A DNA stretch of 59,008 nucleotides from a virus (Duplodnaviria > Caudoviricetes). The notes below the pieces were generated by a model that did no database searches, was not told where the DNA came from, and was given only the letters and a program-made list of their open reading frames with translations. The stretch covers positions 1-59,008 of the IMG/VR virus record IMGVR_UViG_3300025416_000004. One strand, 5' to 3'. This document shows, in pieces, positions 1-9,423 of this stretch; positions within the stretch are counted from its first letter, which is position 1; every line of letters starts with the position of its first letter. The position numbers and the translations under genes are program-made.

Positions 1-2
1 CT

Positions 3-512
3 TACGCCGCCGAGAACGCGGAGAAAATCCTTGAACAGCGTCAAAATCAGTCCAATGAGTGGTACGAGAACGAGACGACAAACATTCGTAACCATGTCGA
101 GGAGCTGACAAAGGAAATTCCTTGGGCTAGGTATCAAGCAACTCCTGAAAATGCTACACAGGAGCAGATCGAGAAGATCCAGAAGCACAATCAAGTAGTG
201 CAGAGCTTGGAGACCAAGTTTAATAGTGCGCTATGGCCTCAAAACGCCAATGAAAGAGCTTCTGTCGCCGCGGCGGCTGTCTACAGCCATGTGCTAACAA
301 ACCAGCTACAAATCGAACAGAACGCGAAAGCCGCGCTTGAGGCACAAGTCAAGAAGCTGACAGATGAGAATAGCAAACTGAAGTCTTCCGGCAAGATGCC
401 AAAGCAAAGCGTGAACACGCCATCCACTATCAAGAACAACGATCTCAACTCGCGCATCAAGATGTCTGCATCCGATGCAATCGATCTGGGACTTGACGAA
501 GCCGGAGCATAA
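3..512 (+). CDS. 5'-truncated coiled-coil protein, probable capsid scaffolding protein
   Basis: The frame of the 198..512 ORF is open back to base 3. Helical, E/Q/K-rich, ends in a short acidic helix (ASDAIDLGLDEAGA). It lies upstream of the capsid gene; function inferred from position. Confidence 0.5.
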   Translation, partial: YAAENAEKILEQRQNQSNEWYENETTNIRNHVEELTKEIPWARYQATPENATQEQIEKIQKHNQVVQSLETKFNSALWPQNANERASVAAAAVYSHVLTNQLQIEQNAKAALEAQVKKLTDENSKLKSSGKMPKQSVNTPSTIKNNDLNSRIKMSASDAIDLGLDEAGA

Positions 513-514
513 TT

Positions 515-1582
515 ATGGAAATACGCGATCCCGTTAGCACTCCGATGCAGGAGAGGACAAACCGCGCTCTTGAGTCATCCGACCCATTCAATACGCCGAT
601 CCCACCTCCGCGCAGGTTGGACGGGAGACCAGTAGATCCAGTTGTTCCTGTTGTTATACAGCCTGAACCTGAACCAGAACCTGAACCTGAACCAGAATAT
701 CCAACTGGAGAAACGCTAGCAGATGGGCCTGTAGTTCCAGATGAAATCAGACTAGAGCATGAGATTCTTGGAATCCCAAAAACAGCAGTTAAACGAGGAC
801 GCAAGCCAAAGCAGGCACTAGAAAAAGTTGAAGCACCCAGAGTTTCTAATCCAATTATCGAATCAAGAACCCAAGAAGGGTTGCCTTCGTACCGCTGTGA
901 GTTCGCTGGTCGCGACATCTTTGTTGGCTGGCCTTGGTACAAGTCTAGCAATCCTGTCACTGCCGCGGTCAATGTGGCACTTGCACTAGACTTTGGTCGT
1001 GACAAGATCCGCTTCGATATGAGTATTGGCGACGCGAAGATTGAACACTCTCGCAACCGACTTGCTCACAAGTTCCTTGAAACTGATGCAAAATGGATGC
1101 TGATGATCGACGACGACATCATCCCATCAATCGGACGGCCTGCATGGTTTAAGTATTGGGTAGCCGGAGCGCGCAATCTTGGCGATCTACCTCTCCAGCG
1201 TCATGTACTTCACCGATTGATTGGAGCAGGTAAGAACCTTGTTGGAGCGGCTTACTTCGGGCGTCAGGAAGGAGGAGCTATTATGTGCGCCGATCACCTG
1301 CTAGCACCGCGGGCGAAAGCCTATGAGGATGCCATCGTTCCAGTCGATTGGGTTGGAACAGGGTGTATGTTGATCCACAGAAAAGTATTTAACGACATTA
1401 AGGAAAAGTTTGGGGACTCGCTTAAAATCGATGTTCCAGACTATGACTACGATTATTTCCGACCATTTGATAGCGCACGCGGCGAGGATGTCTCGTTCTG
1501 CATCCGCGCCAAGGAAGCCGGACACCAACCTCATGTGGATCTTGGCTTGCCAGTGTTTCATGTTGGCTACAAAACCTATTGA
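515..1582 (+). CDS. GT-A (GT2-like) glycosyltransferase with Pro/Glu-rich N-terminal extension
   Basis: SRNRLAHKFL...MLMIDDDI (DXD), VGTGCMLIHR and GEDVSFC motifs typical of phage GT2-like proteins. Confidence 0.8.
   Translation: MEIRDPVSTPMQERTNRALESSDPFNTPIPPPRRLDGRPVDPVVPVVIQPEPEPEPEPEPEYPTGETLADGPVVPDEIRLEHEILGIPKTAVKRGRKPKQALEKVEAPRVSNPIIESRTQEGLPSYRCEFAGRDIFVGWPWYKSSNPVTAAVNVALALDFGRDKIRFDMSIGDAKIEHSRNRLAHKFLETDAKWMLMIDDDIIPSIGRPAWFKYWVAGARNLGDLPLQRHVLHRLIGAGKNLVGAAYFGRQEGGAIMCADHLLAPRAKAYEDAIVPVDWVGTGCMLIHRKVFNDIKEKFGDSLKIDVPDYDYDYFRPFDSARGEDVSFCIRAKEAGHQPHVDLGLPVFHVGYKTY
662..697 (+). repeat. Tandem CC(T/A)GAA hexamer encoding (PE)6
   Basis: cctgaacctgaaccagaacctgaacctgaaccagaa read directly. 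Confidence 0.9.
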
Positions 1583-2175
1583 TGAAAAAAATCTATTCTT
1601 ATTACCAAAGCATCGTTCTTTCAAATCAGCAGGAGGAATTCGCGTGCGCGAACTGGTGGAAGGCTAGCTGGACTCACAACGGATGGGAACCCGTCATGCT
1701 CAATAGGAGCCATGCACAGGCAAGCCCATTTTACAATAAGCTACAACAAAAGTTGATGCAGACATCTATGGGATTACCTGCCGAATTAGTCGCCAGATTC
1801 GATTGGATTGTCGCTCGTTACATCCGATGGTGCGCCCTGCACGCCGCCGGAGGAGGGTGGATGTCTGACTACGATGTCCTGAATAAGGCTTTCAAGCCAG
1901 AACTCGCAGAAGGATATGAAGTTGATTCGACTCTGCAAATAAACGCTGGAAGTCCGGCCTATATCTTTTATGCGACTCAAGATCATTGCGCGAATGCTAT
2001 TAAAAAGTTCCTCATAGAGCCGTTGTTTGAAAATAGTAAAATGATTGAGGAGGCAAATGTTCTGGAAGTGCTAGGTGGATTGTATTCTATTTTACCAAAT
2101 TTGCATCATGCAAAATCAACGCCGGAACTACCGAGGTCTGCGGCAATGAAAAATATTGCATCACCTGAAGAATGA
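1579..2175 (+). CDS. Putative DXD-type glycosyltransferase (GT32-like)
   Basis: W..SW...GW near the N-terminus and RW.AL...GGGWMSDYDV, resembling the GG.Y.D.D motif of sugar-binding DXD transferases. Confidence 0.55.
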   Translation: MMKKIYSYYQSIVLSNQQEEFACANWWKASWTHNGWEPVMLNRSHAQASPFYNKLQQKLMQTSMGLPAELVARFDWIVARYIRWCALHAAGGGWMSDYDVLNKAFKPELAEGYEVDSTLQINAGSPAYIFYATQDHCANAIKKFLIEPLFENSKMIEEANVLEVLGGLYSILPNLHHAKSTPELPRSAAMKNIASPEE

Positions 2176-2900
2176 GAAGCCCATTTGCAAAACGAATAAC
2201 TTGTGTTCACACAGGACACATTGGTGACATTATAGCATTTCTTCCTGTATTTCAAAAAATTGGAGGAACCAACCTAATGATTCGTGATGAGCATTGGATG
2301 GAGCCAATGTCAGGATTCAAATATGATTCATTAAAGCCACTTTTAGAAAGCCAAGGAATTGAGGTTTCATTTAATTATGCGACATCTATCGACTATGATA
2401 TGTCAGGATGGCGTGAGTGTTATAGCGACCACATTTCTTTGACCGATTCTCAAGCTAGATATGTCAATCTTGTGCCAAGGAACGGAAAACTTACCATAAA
2501 TCAACCTTGGATCAGAGTAGAAGATGATCCTAACGGCAAAGATAGGGTAATCTTTAACAGAACACCAAGATACAGGAATCCTGAATTTAATTGGAAGAAA
2601 GTCCTCAAACATTTCGGCAAAAAGGCACTCTTTGTAGGAAGAAAAGAAGAGCATGAAGATTTTTGCAATGAAATAGGTGATGTTGATTACTATCCAACAG
2701 AAAATTGCCTTGATGTTGCAAAAGTTATTTCAGCATCAGATTTTTTTGTCGGCAATCAATCAAGTTCTTTCTGGATAGCGGCAGGATTACGAAAGCATTT
2801 GCTTCAGGAAACATTTGCTCCAGCACCAAACAGCATTGTAGAATACCAAGGTGCTTGGTATTGCTTGGATGGTAAAATAGATTTTGATAAGTTAGCGTAA
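2172..2900 (+). CDS. GT9-like (heptosyltransferase-like, GT-B) glycosyltransferase
   Basis: GHIGDIIAFLP and L..VAKVISASDFFVGNQSS motifs. Confidence 0.7.
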   Translation: MRSPFAKRITCVHTGHIGDIIAFLPVFQKIGGTNLMIRDEHWMEPMSGFKYDSLKPLLESQGIEVSFNYATSIDYDMSGWRECYSDHISLTDSQARYVNLVPRNGKLTINQPWIRVEDDPNGKDRVIFNRTPRYRNPEFNWKKVLKHFGKKALFVGRKEEHEDFCNEIGDVDYYPTENCLDVAKVISASDFFVGNQSSSFWIAAGLRKHLLQETFAPAPNSIVEYQGAWYCLDGKIDFDKLA

Positions 2901-3889
2901 TGAATTTTTACTGCACATCTTTAAGCAAAGACAAAGTAATCGCATACGACAGCACGGAGATAACAAAACATTTTCACAAAACTTCACTGAATGAAGCGGA
3001 TCTAGTCTGCTTGGAAATAACCAAACGAGACTCTTTCATATTTGATGAAATAGAATTTAATTCGACGCAAGGAAAAGAATTCGTTGTAATTGATTTTACA
3101 GAATATGGATATGACAACACTGATGTTGATCATTTTTACGGAGTAAATACATCAGAACATGCTGGAAAATTTCCAAACACAGAGTATCTAAAGCTAGATG
3201 AAGCACTGAAGAAACGCAAAATAAAGTGTTACTTCAAAAGAGAGTTGCCTAGTAACCACGCAAAAGCTGAATTCACTATTTACCCGATAGAATATCCTTG
3301 TTTGCATAGAGAAGAACCAGAAAACAACTATGAATCATTTTGGGGAAGGTCGACGGATGTATTCTTTAATTGGGGATGGAGCAATCCCTCTCGTCCAAAG
3401 CTACACGCAGAATTTTACAATTCAGCACATCTGTTGAATTATTCAGTCGTTAGTCAAAGAAGTCATCTTGAAGGTCAGATCAAAGATTCAAGGGGATTGC
3501 CATTGATATTCACACAATTCATACCTCATCACTCAAGATTACACATGGATGAGGTTTTACATCTTCAGAGATCGTCCAGAATAAGCGTTAGCCTTAATGG
3601 ATGCGGAGTAAAATGTTTTAGGCATGCCGAATCACCTGCTAATTCTTTAATGGCTTTACAAGAAAACTCTTTGAAGTGGACTCACGAATGGACAGATGAA
3701 AACGCAATCATTTTGCCAAACAAAACCAATGGTGAAATAGACGCAAAGGCATCCGTAGAAAAGATTATCAACTCTCTTAAAAACAAAGAAGAATTGTATA
3801 TGAGATATTTGAATTGCGTCAGAACAAATAACAAATATAGAAAAGAGAATTACGCAAACCAAATCCTGTCCATCATTTCTGCATCTTAA
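2900..3889 (+). CDS. Putative glycosyltransferase (GT-B/exostosin-like C-terminus)
   Basis: RSTDVFF.WG.S...R and SSRISVSLNGCGVKCFRHAES motifs; located in the GT cluster. Confidence 0.5.
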   Translation: MNFYCTSLSKDKVIAYDSTEITKHFHKTSLNEADLVCLEITKRDSFIFDEIEFNSTQGKEFVVIDFTEYGYDNTDVDHFYGVNTSEHAGKFPNTEYLKLDEALKKRKIKCYFKRELPSNHAKAEFTIYPIEYPCLHREEPENNYESFWGRSTDVFFNWGWSNPSRPKLHAEFYNSAHLLNYSVVSQRSHLEGQIKDSRGLPLIFTQFIPHHSRLHMDEVLHLQRSSRISVSLNGCGVKCFRHAESPANSLMALQENSLKWTHEWTDENAIILPNKTNGEIDAKASVEKIINSLKNKEELYMRYLNCVRTNNKYRKENYANQILSIISAS

Positions 3890-3897
3890 TAAAACAA

Positions 3898-4596
3898 ATG
3901 GAAAAAATTATATATGACATCGGGGCAAATAATGGTGATGATCTTGCGTATTACTTAAAAAAAGCAGATGTGGTCGTTGCTTGTGAAGCAGATCCGAATT
4001 TATGCAATTTCATGGGAGAAAAGTTCCAAAAAGAAGTTGCTGACGGAAGGTTGATAATAGAAAACTTTGTAATCTCTGAAGGGATAGAATCAGAAAGAGT
4101 TCCCTTTTATAGGCATCTTCAAGCAAATATATTGAATCAGTTTCCAGAACCAAGTCAGGACAAAATTGGTGAATATGAAAAAATATATCTCCCTGCAAAG
4201 ACTGCCTCATCAGTAATAAAGAAATACGGAGATCCTCATTACATTAAAATCGATGTAGAATTTTACGATCAAGCAATTTTAAGGGATCTATTTAAAAATG
4301 AAATTTATCCAGATTACATATCCGCGGAGTCTCATAACATTGAAGTGTTCTGCATTCTAGTTGCACTTGGAAACTACAATAATTTCAAACTAATAGACGG
4401 ACAATCTATGAGTGACGCTTACAAAAACCATTTGATTAAGAATAATGATGGACTAATAGAAAAAATTACATTTCCTCATCATGCGGCAGGCCCGTTCGGT
4501 GATGACATCAAAGGAGAATGGTTAGATCAAAACAATTTCATAAATGTATTAGTTTCAGAAAAGCTAGGATGGAAAGACATACACGCAAAAAAGTGA
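3898..4596 (+). CDS. FkbM-family SAM-dependent methyltransferase
   Basis: IYDIGANNG, VVACEADP and YIKIDVE motifs. Confidence 0.85.
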   Translation: MEKIIYDIGANNGDDLAYYLKKADVVVACEADPNLCNFMGEKFQKEVADGRLIIENFVISEGIESERVPFYRHLQANILNQFPEPSQDKIGEYEKIYLPAKTASSVIKKYGDPHYIKIDVEFYDQAILRDLFKNEIYPDYISAESHNIEVFCILVALGNYNNFKLIDGQSMSDAYKNHLIKNNDGLIEKITFPHHAAGPFGDDIKGEWLDQNNFINVLVSEKLGWKDIHAKK

Positions 4597-4600
4597 AACC

Positions 4601-5263
4601 ATGAAAGAATACCCAAACTACATAATCACTCCTGAAAAAAGCTATAAAAGCATAGCGTTTGATGATCCAAACGAGATATACAATGATCAATATTGGTCAG
4701 CACATCAGAATCATTCAACGATTGATGAGCAAGTAACCAATGTCATAGGAAAAAATGAGTTGGTAAAAGCAGAAATATGCTATGGAAATCCCAAAAGGAT
4801 ACTGGAGATTGCCTGCGCTCCGGCATACCTACTAGGAGAACTTGAAAAAGATTTTGAATGTCATGGAATTGAAATTGATCCTACATACAAAGATGAAATG
4901 CAAAAATATTGCCCTAATAGCACTTTGCATTTTGGGTTTTTCCCAAAGGTTACAAACGATTGGCCTAATAACTTTGTCTGCAACATTATTGCTTTGGATG
5001 TTTTAGAGCATGTGGAAGATGGGATAGGATTCCTAAAAGAGTGCCACAGGTTGCTAGCAAACAATGGAAAACTCATCATTCAATCACCAATTATTTTGGA
5101 AGATAAAGAAATGGTAGATAGGATGTTTTTCGCGAGAGAACATATTTGGATTTATGATTACCTACACCTTCAAAAATTGATGGAAGAAACAGGATTTGAA
5201 GTCACAGGGTTTAGCAGATTCCAAGTAGGTCATGAACAAGTTGTAGGAATTTGCAAAAAATAA
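4601..5263 (+). CDS. Class I SAM-dependent methyltransferase
   Basis: RILEIACAPA, HGIEID and ALDVLEHVED...L..NGKLII motifs. Confidence 0.85.
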   Translation: MKEYPNYIITPEKSYKSIAFDDPNEIYNDQYWSAHQNHSTIDEQVTNVIGKNELVKAEICYGNPKRILEIACAPAYLLGELEKDFECHGIEIDPTYKDEMQKYCPNSTLHFGFFPKVTNDWPNNFVCNIIALDVLEHVEDGIGFLKECHRLLANNGKLIIQSPIILEDKEMVDRMFFAREHIWIYDYLHLQKLMEETGFEVTGFSRFQVGHEQVVGICKK

Positions 5264-5265
5264 TA

Positions 5266-5294
5266 TTGACCATCTATAAAATTTTTAGTAAAAG
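5266..5294 (+). promoter_or_regulatory. Sigma70-like promoter upstream of the capsid leader
   Basis: TTGACC-17 bp-TAAAAG in the AT-rich gap. Confidence 0.45.
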
Positions 5295-5299
5295 CAAAA

Positions 5300-5507
5300 C
5301 AACTCGGTGTGCCTTCTCCGTATGAAGGTGACTCGGTAAGGGTCGCAAAAACTTACCAAATCTGGCCGCAAACAAAAGCTAGAGCGTGCCGCTAGCGACA
5401 AACCAAACCAAACTTCGTATCGTGACTGCACGCAGTCGCCGTACACCCTTGGGGTTGTCGCTACCAAAATTGGTTGTGACCACTTCAAGTCAACCAAACA
5501 AAACAAA
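5300..5507 (+). ncRNA. Candidate structured 5' leader RNA of the capsid gene
   Basis: At least six complementary stems in about 200 nt of non-coding sequence (see findings). Confidence 0.5.
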
Positions 5508-6740
5508 ATGGCTTCTTATTCTAATTGTATCCCTTTGGCTACGATTCAGAACTTTGCTTCCAAGGATGTTAACCGCATCATCGGACAAATCGCAAAGGTT
5601 CTGGCTCGCAAGTCTCCCTACATCAACTCCATTGATGGTGGAACGATTCCCAACGTCTCTGATGTTGTCCGTTCCGTTGTCGAGGAAATGGCGGTTCCTG
5701 CCGCTTCGTTGGCTAGCCCACAATTCGTGGATGACACGACTCTTTGCGGAGTCGGTGCTACTCCCGATGTTGTTGGCTCAACGGAGTATCAGTTCAACCT
5801 CCAGACCCTCCGCGGTGCTGGGCCTCGCGTCTGCGTCAAGCAGGCTCGTACAGCGTTCAAAGGTTCGTATCTCCAAGCTCAAGTCTCGCTTGAGAAGACG
5901 ATCCTTCAGATCATCAACGCTGACATCCGTTACCAGTATCTCATCCAGTCCGGCGTGAAGTATGTTGTCAACTCGACACAGGCTTTCACCGCCAACCTCA
6001 CTGGTGATATGCAACAGATCAACACCAAGTTCGCGCAGATCGCTCCTGACTCTGCTCTGAACTTCAAGACACTCTATCGCATCGGAACCTTCCTTCGTGA
6101 AGAGATGCTTGCAGAGCCTTTTGCCTCCAAAGAGGGTGAGTTCTTCCAAGTCATGCTCTCCGCTGACGCCATCGAAAACATCCGCAACGACGCAGATGTC
6201 AAAGAGGATCTCCTTTATTTGACCGCTGGTTCGTTCAAGCTGGGTGAGGACAGCATCAGTGGCTACCAGTTCCAAGGCTATCGCGGTTTCGCTTTTGGTA
6301 TCGACCAACAGCCTCTTCGCGCTATCGCCGGAGCTAACGGCCTTCCATTTGGATCCGACGGCAATCTCTTGCTTGTCAATCCTATCGTCAGCTCTGCCGT
6401 TACCAACGGCTTTGCTCAACGCCGTAACCCATCATGGGTTTCCGCTCCTTACGAGGTCGGTTTCGTGATCGCCGGAGACGCCTTCAAGCGTCTTGTGCCT
6501 GAAACCTACGTTGGCGAGGGTACGTTCCGTTTCGCTCCCCAACTCGCTATGGGCGAACTTGAGTGGACATACTTCCGTGATAACGATTGCAACCTGTATG
6601 GTGACTTCGGTCAGCATATCTACCAGATTCAGCGTGCGATCCAACCGATCCGCCCACAGAATGTGGTTCCGATCCTGTTCAAGCGTTGCCCATTTGATGG
6701 TGCGCCTCTTCCTTGCTCGACCTCTTCGACAGGTCTGTAA
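5508..6740 (+). CDS. Major capsid protein
   Basis: 410 aa, strongly biased codon usage typical of a highly expressed gene, own promoter and downstream hairpin, located between scaffold and virion genes. No homology search run. Confidence 0.75.
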   Translation: MASYSNCIPLATIQNFASKDVNRIIGQIAKVLARKSPYINSIDGGTIPNVSDVVRSVVEEMAVPAASLASPQFVDDTTLCGVGATPDVVGSTEYQFNLQTLRGAGPRVCVKQARTAFKGSYLQAQVSLEKTILQIINADIRYQYLIQSGVKYVVNSTQAFTANLTGDMQQINTKFAQIAPDSALNFKTLYRIGTFLREEMLAEPFASKEGEFFQVMLSADAIENIRNDADVKEDLLYLTAGSFKLGEDSISGYQFQGYRGFAFGIDQQPLRAIAGANGLPFGSDGNLLLVNPIVSSAVTNGFAQRRNPSWVSAPYEVGFVIAGDAFKRLVPETYVGEGTFRFAPQLAMGELEWTYFRDNDCNLYGDFGQHIYQIQRAIQPIRPQNVVPILFKRCPFDGAPLPCSTSSTGL

Positions 6741-6743
6741 TAG

Positions 6744-6800
6744 GTAGTTAGTTATCGGTGATCGATGCAGGATAAAACTTGCATCGGTCACCTCAACTAC
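6744..6800 (+). terminator. Long hairpin after the capsid gene (terminator or mRNA-stabilising/processing stem)
   Basis: GGTGATCGATGCAG (6757-6770) pairs with TTGCATCGGTCACC (6779-6792), with an outer GTAGTT/AACTAC stem. No U-tract follows. Confidence 0.5.
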
Positions 6801-6816
6801 TCACAATTACTGAAAA

Positions 6817-7356
6817 ATGACACCGCAAGAATACTCCCTACTCACTCGACTAGTTTCTGGATGTGCATCTTGGAACAATTACTCCAAGACACTGATTACG
6901 AATCCTCAAATCGTAAATATTTCAAACTTCGCAGGTCTTTACGATCAGACCACTCAAACAAATGTTGTTCCAAATTCTCCAAATGTTGTAGCTATTGGAC
7001 AAACAGAATATTCAAATGGTATTTCCGTAGCAAAAGGAAATCAAATTACATTTTCAAACTCTGGTGCTTATCTAATAAACTTTCTTGGTGCTTTTAGTGG
7101 TGGAGGTTCTTCTGCACTTGTTTATGTTTGGCTTGCGGTCAATGGAGTTACCATTACCAATTCCGCATACTCGTTTTACACAAACAATAATCAAGTGTTG
7201 GCTAATGTTGAGAATGTAAGAAATTTTAATGCTGGAGATACATTGCAATGGTATTGGTCTTCTAGTGGAACTGGAATGCAATTATCTTCATCACCAGCTT
7301 CTGGTTTTATACCTGCAACCAGATCAGTTAACATAACAATCGCACAATTAAACTAA
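6817..7356 (+). CDS. Virion protein with C1q/BclA-C-like beta domain
   Basis: ITFSNSGAYLINF, VWLAVNG and FNAGDTLQ motifs; S/T/N-rich. Confidence 0.55.
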   Translation: MTPQEYSLLTRLVSGCASWNNYSKTLITNPQIVNISNFAGLYDQTTQTNVVPNSPNVVAIGQTEYSNGISVAKGNQITFSNSGAYLINFLGAFSGGGSSALVYVWLAVNGVTITNSAYSFYTNNNQVLANVENVRNFNAGDTLQWYWSSSGTGMQLSSSPASGFIPATRSVNITIAQLN

Positions 7357-7360
7357 AACC

Positions 7361-7714
7361 ATGTCGCAATTCCCTGAAATCTCATCCAATCTCTCAACTG
7401 CCAACTTTAGAGCAAGCGTACTCACTTTCCTTAAAAATGGAATTGAAGTAGACAATACCACTGGTGGCCCACTGGCTGTAAAAGATCACAATGCGGCAAT
7501 TTCAGGATCAACATTTTTTAACGACACAACTGCTCGCACAGGAAACTGGTATGCCATTCAGGTGCTAGCTACAGCAGTGTTTACAACGCTTACTGATTCT
7601 ACTCGCACAGGTACTGCCATTAGCACATTCAGCTTCCCTGCTGGAACTATTTTCTTTGGTAACTTCTCTGCTATCACGCTGGCAAGCGGAACGATTATCG
7701 CATACAACGCTTAA
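7361..7714 (+). CDS. Putative virion structural protein
   Basis: T/A/G-rich beta-type sequence ending ITLASGTIIAY, in the structural operon. Confidence 0.5.
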   Translation: MSQFPEISSNLSTANFRASVLTFLKNGIEVDNTTGGPLAVKDHNAAISGSTFFNDTTARTGNWYAIQVLATAVFTTLTDSTRTGTAISTFSFPAGTIFFGNFSAITLASGTIIAYNA

Positions 7715-7717
7715 ACC

Positions 7718-8509
7718 ATGCCATACCTTGGTCTAAAGCTAACTCCTGATGCTTGGCTTTATAGATATCCTGCTTTTGCTGGAGTTACTCTTCAATATTT
7801 ACTTGTAGGAGGAGGTGGTGGTGGGCAAGACACCCAAAGAGTTCAATACGGAACTGGAGGAAATGGAGGCCAAGTTTTGCTAGGATCTAATAATTTTAGG
7901 AAAGGATATACATATTATATTTATGTTGGAAGTGCTGGTGCTAGTGCAAGATATGGAGATGGTAATAGTGCTACTTCTAATACAGAAGTAGCTGATCCAA
8001 CGGATGGTGGAAATTCACAAATATATTCATCTCCATATACAAATATTACTGCTATCGGTGGTAATTCTGGAGTTACAGCACAATATCAAGGAACGCTTCT
8101 TGGAAATAACATAGGTGGATCTGGAGGAAATGGAATCACACTTCCTCATAATGATAGATACGGATTTAACGGAAATTACACGCAACTTTTTGGTGGTGAT
8201 GGTATCCCTATTATTGATTTTGTAACTAATCTTCCAATTTATTATGCGGCTGGAGGTGGTGGTACTTATGGGAATGGTGACGATGCCACAACAGGAGGAA
8301 ATGGATATGACAATTATGGAAGCGGAGGAAATGCAGGTTCCGTTGGAAATACTTCTAACGCAGAAAAAGGAAAACAAGGAGTAGTAAAAATCATGGGATC
8401 AAGTTCTCAATTTGGTCAATTAGGAACATTTACACCAACTGCACAAAGAGATGTAGTAGGATCAAATACAATTTTAACATTTACAACACAGGGACAATTT
8501 ACTATCTAA
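7718..8509 (+). CDS. Glycine-rich virion protein
   Basis: YLLVGGGGGG, GGNGGQV, YYAAGGGG, GKQGVVKI and TILTFT motifs of the phage glycine-rich domain. Confidence 0.75.
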   Translation: MPYLGLKLTPDAWLYRYPAFAGVTLQYLLVGGGGGGQDTQRVQYGTGGNGGQVLLGSNNFRKGYTYYIYVGSAGASARYGDGNSATSNTEVADPTDGGNSQIYSSPYTNITAIGGNSGVTAQYQGTLLGNNIGGSGGNGITLPHNDRYGFNGNYTQLFGGDGIPIIDFVTNLPIYYAAGGGGTYGNGDDATTGGNGYDNYGSGGNAGSVGNTSNAEKGKQGVVKIMGSSSQFGQLGTFTPTAQRDVVGSNTILTFTTQGQFTI

Positions 8510-8514
8510 AATAT

Positions 8515-9423
8515 ATGGCTACATTCGCTTTACTTGACTCAAACAATATTGTTTCTACTTTAATTTTAGTAGATGACCAAAATGTTCCTACAGAAGCAGA
8601 TGGAATAACTTTTGTTAAAAACAACTACGGAAATGGAAATATAGAAGAAGGAAAACTTGTTCAATCATTTCCTGCTGGAAGTGGGAAAAGAAGGCGTGAG
8701 GCTAGGATAGGATTTTATTACGATAAAAATACAGATGGTTTTTATCCGCAAGTAAGGACAGAAAATCCAATAAAGTCTACTTATATAGACCTTCCAAACG
8801 GAACTTCTTATTGTGTTATTTATCGAAATGCTTCTTCATTGTTCACTGGTCTCATAAGAAAAACATTTTACGATCCTTATTTTGATATTGGACAATCTGT
8901 TCAAAATCTTTCTGGAATTAAAACATTAATAATTCCATCTGGAACTCCTCACGCAATTATTCGTGACCCTATTGAAAGGTTTGTTTCCGCTTATGCTTTG
9001 AGAACTGGCGGTGTTCCATGCTGGCTTGGTGTTGATGAATTTATTGATTGGCTTGGTCAGCAAGATCAAACAACAATTAACAAGCACTTCCGCAAGCAAA
9101 CGCTTCTTCTTGGACTCACGCCTCCACAGGGAATCGTGTATCACGATTTCAAATCTGATTTTAATGAATTAGCCGCAATCTTTGGGCTTCCAACGCCAGT
9201 TCCAGTTATTAATGAAACCAGCACAGATAAAAAACCAGTTCTTACTGACGATCAAATAGCAATATTACGCACCATTTATGCTGACGATGTTGCATTATAT
9301 GCCCAAGTATCTGCACAACCTACCATAGTTGCTCCTGCTCCTACTACGGATTCAACGACAACGGATGCGACTGCAAACCCAGTTGATAATTCAGCTAATC
9401 CTGATACAACAACTACACCATAA
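8515..9423 (+). CDS. Fusion of Gly-rich-protein partner domain and sulfotransferase-like domain
   Basis: N-terminal MATFALLDSNNIV...ARIGFYYD...F. C-terminal YRNASS, IIRDPIERFVSAY, NKHFRKQ and IYADDVALY resemble Sulfotransfer_2. Thr/Pro/Asp tail. Confidence 0.65.
   Translation: MATFALLDSNNIVSTLILVDDQNVPTEADGITFVKNNYGNGNIEEGKLVQSFPAGSGKRRREARIGFYYDKNTDGFYPQVRTENPIKSTYIDLPNGTSYCVIYRNASSLFTGLIRKTFYDPYFDIGQSVQNLSGIKTLIIPSGTPHAIIRDPIERFVSAYALRTGGVPCWLGVDEFIDWLGQQDQTTINKHFRKQTLLLGLTPPQGIVYHDFKSDFNELAAIFGLPTPVPVINETSTDKKPVLTDDQIAILRTIYADDVALYAQVSAQPTIVAPAPTTDSTTTDATANPVDNSANPDTTTTP

Noticed and set aside
457-6791. Long minus-strand or alternate-frame ORFs (457..1056, 5386..5958, 5778..6419, 6432..6791)
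   Set aside because: They shadow well-supported + strand genes and have no recognisable motifs.
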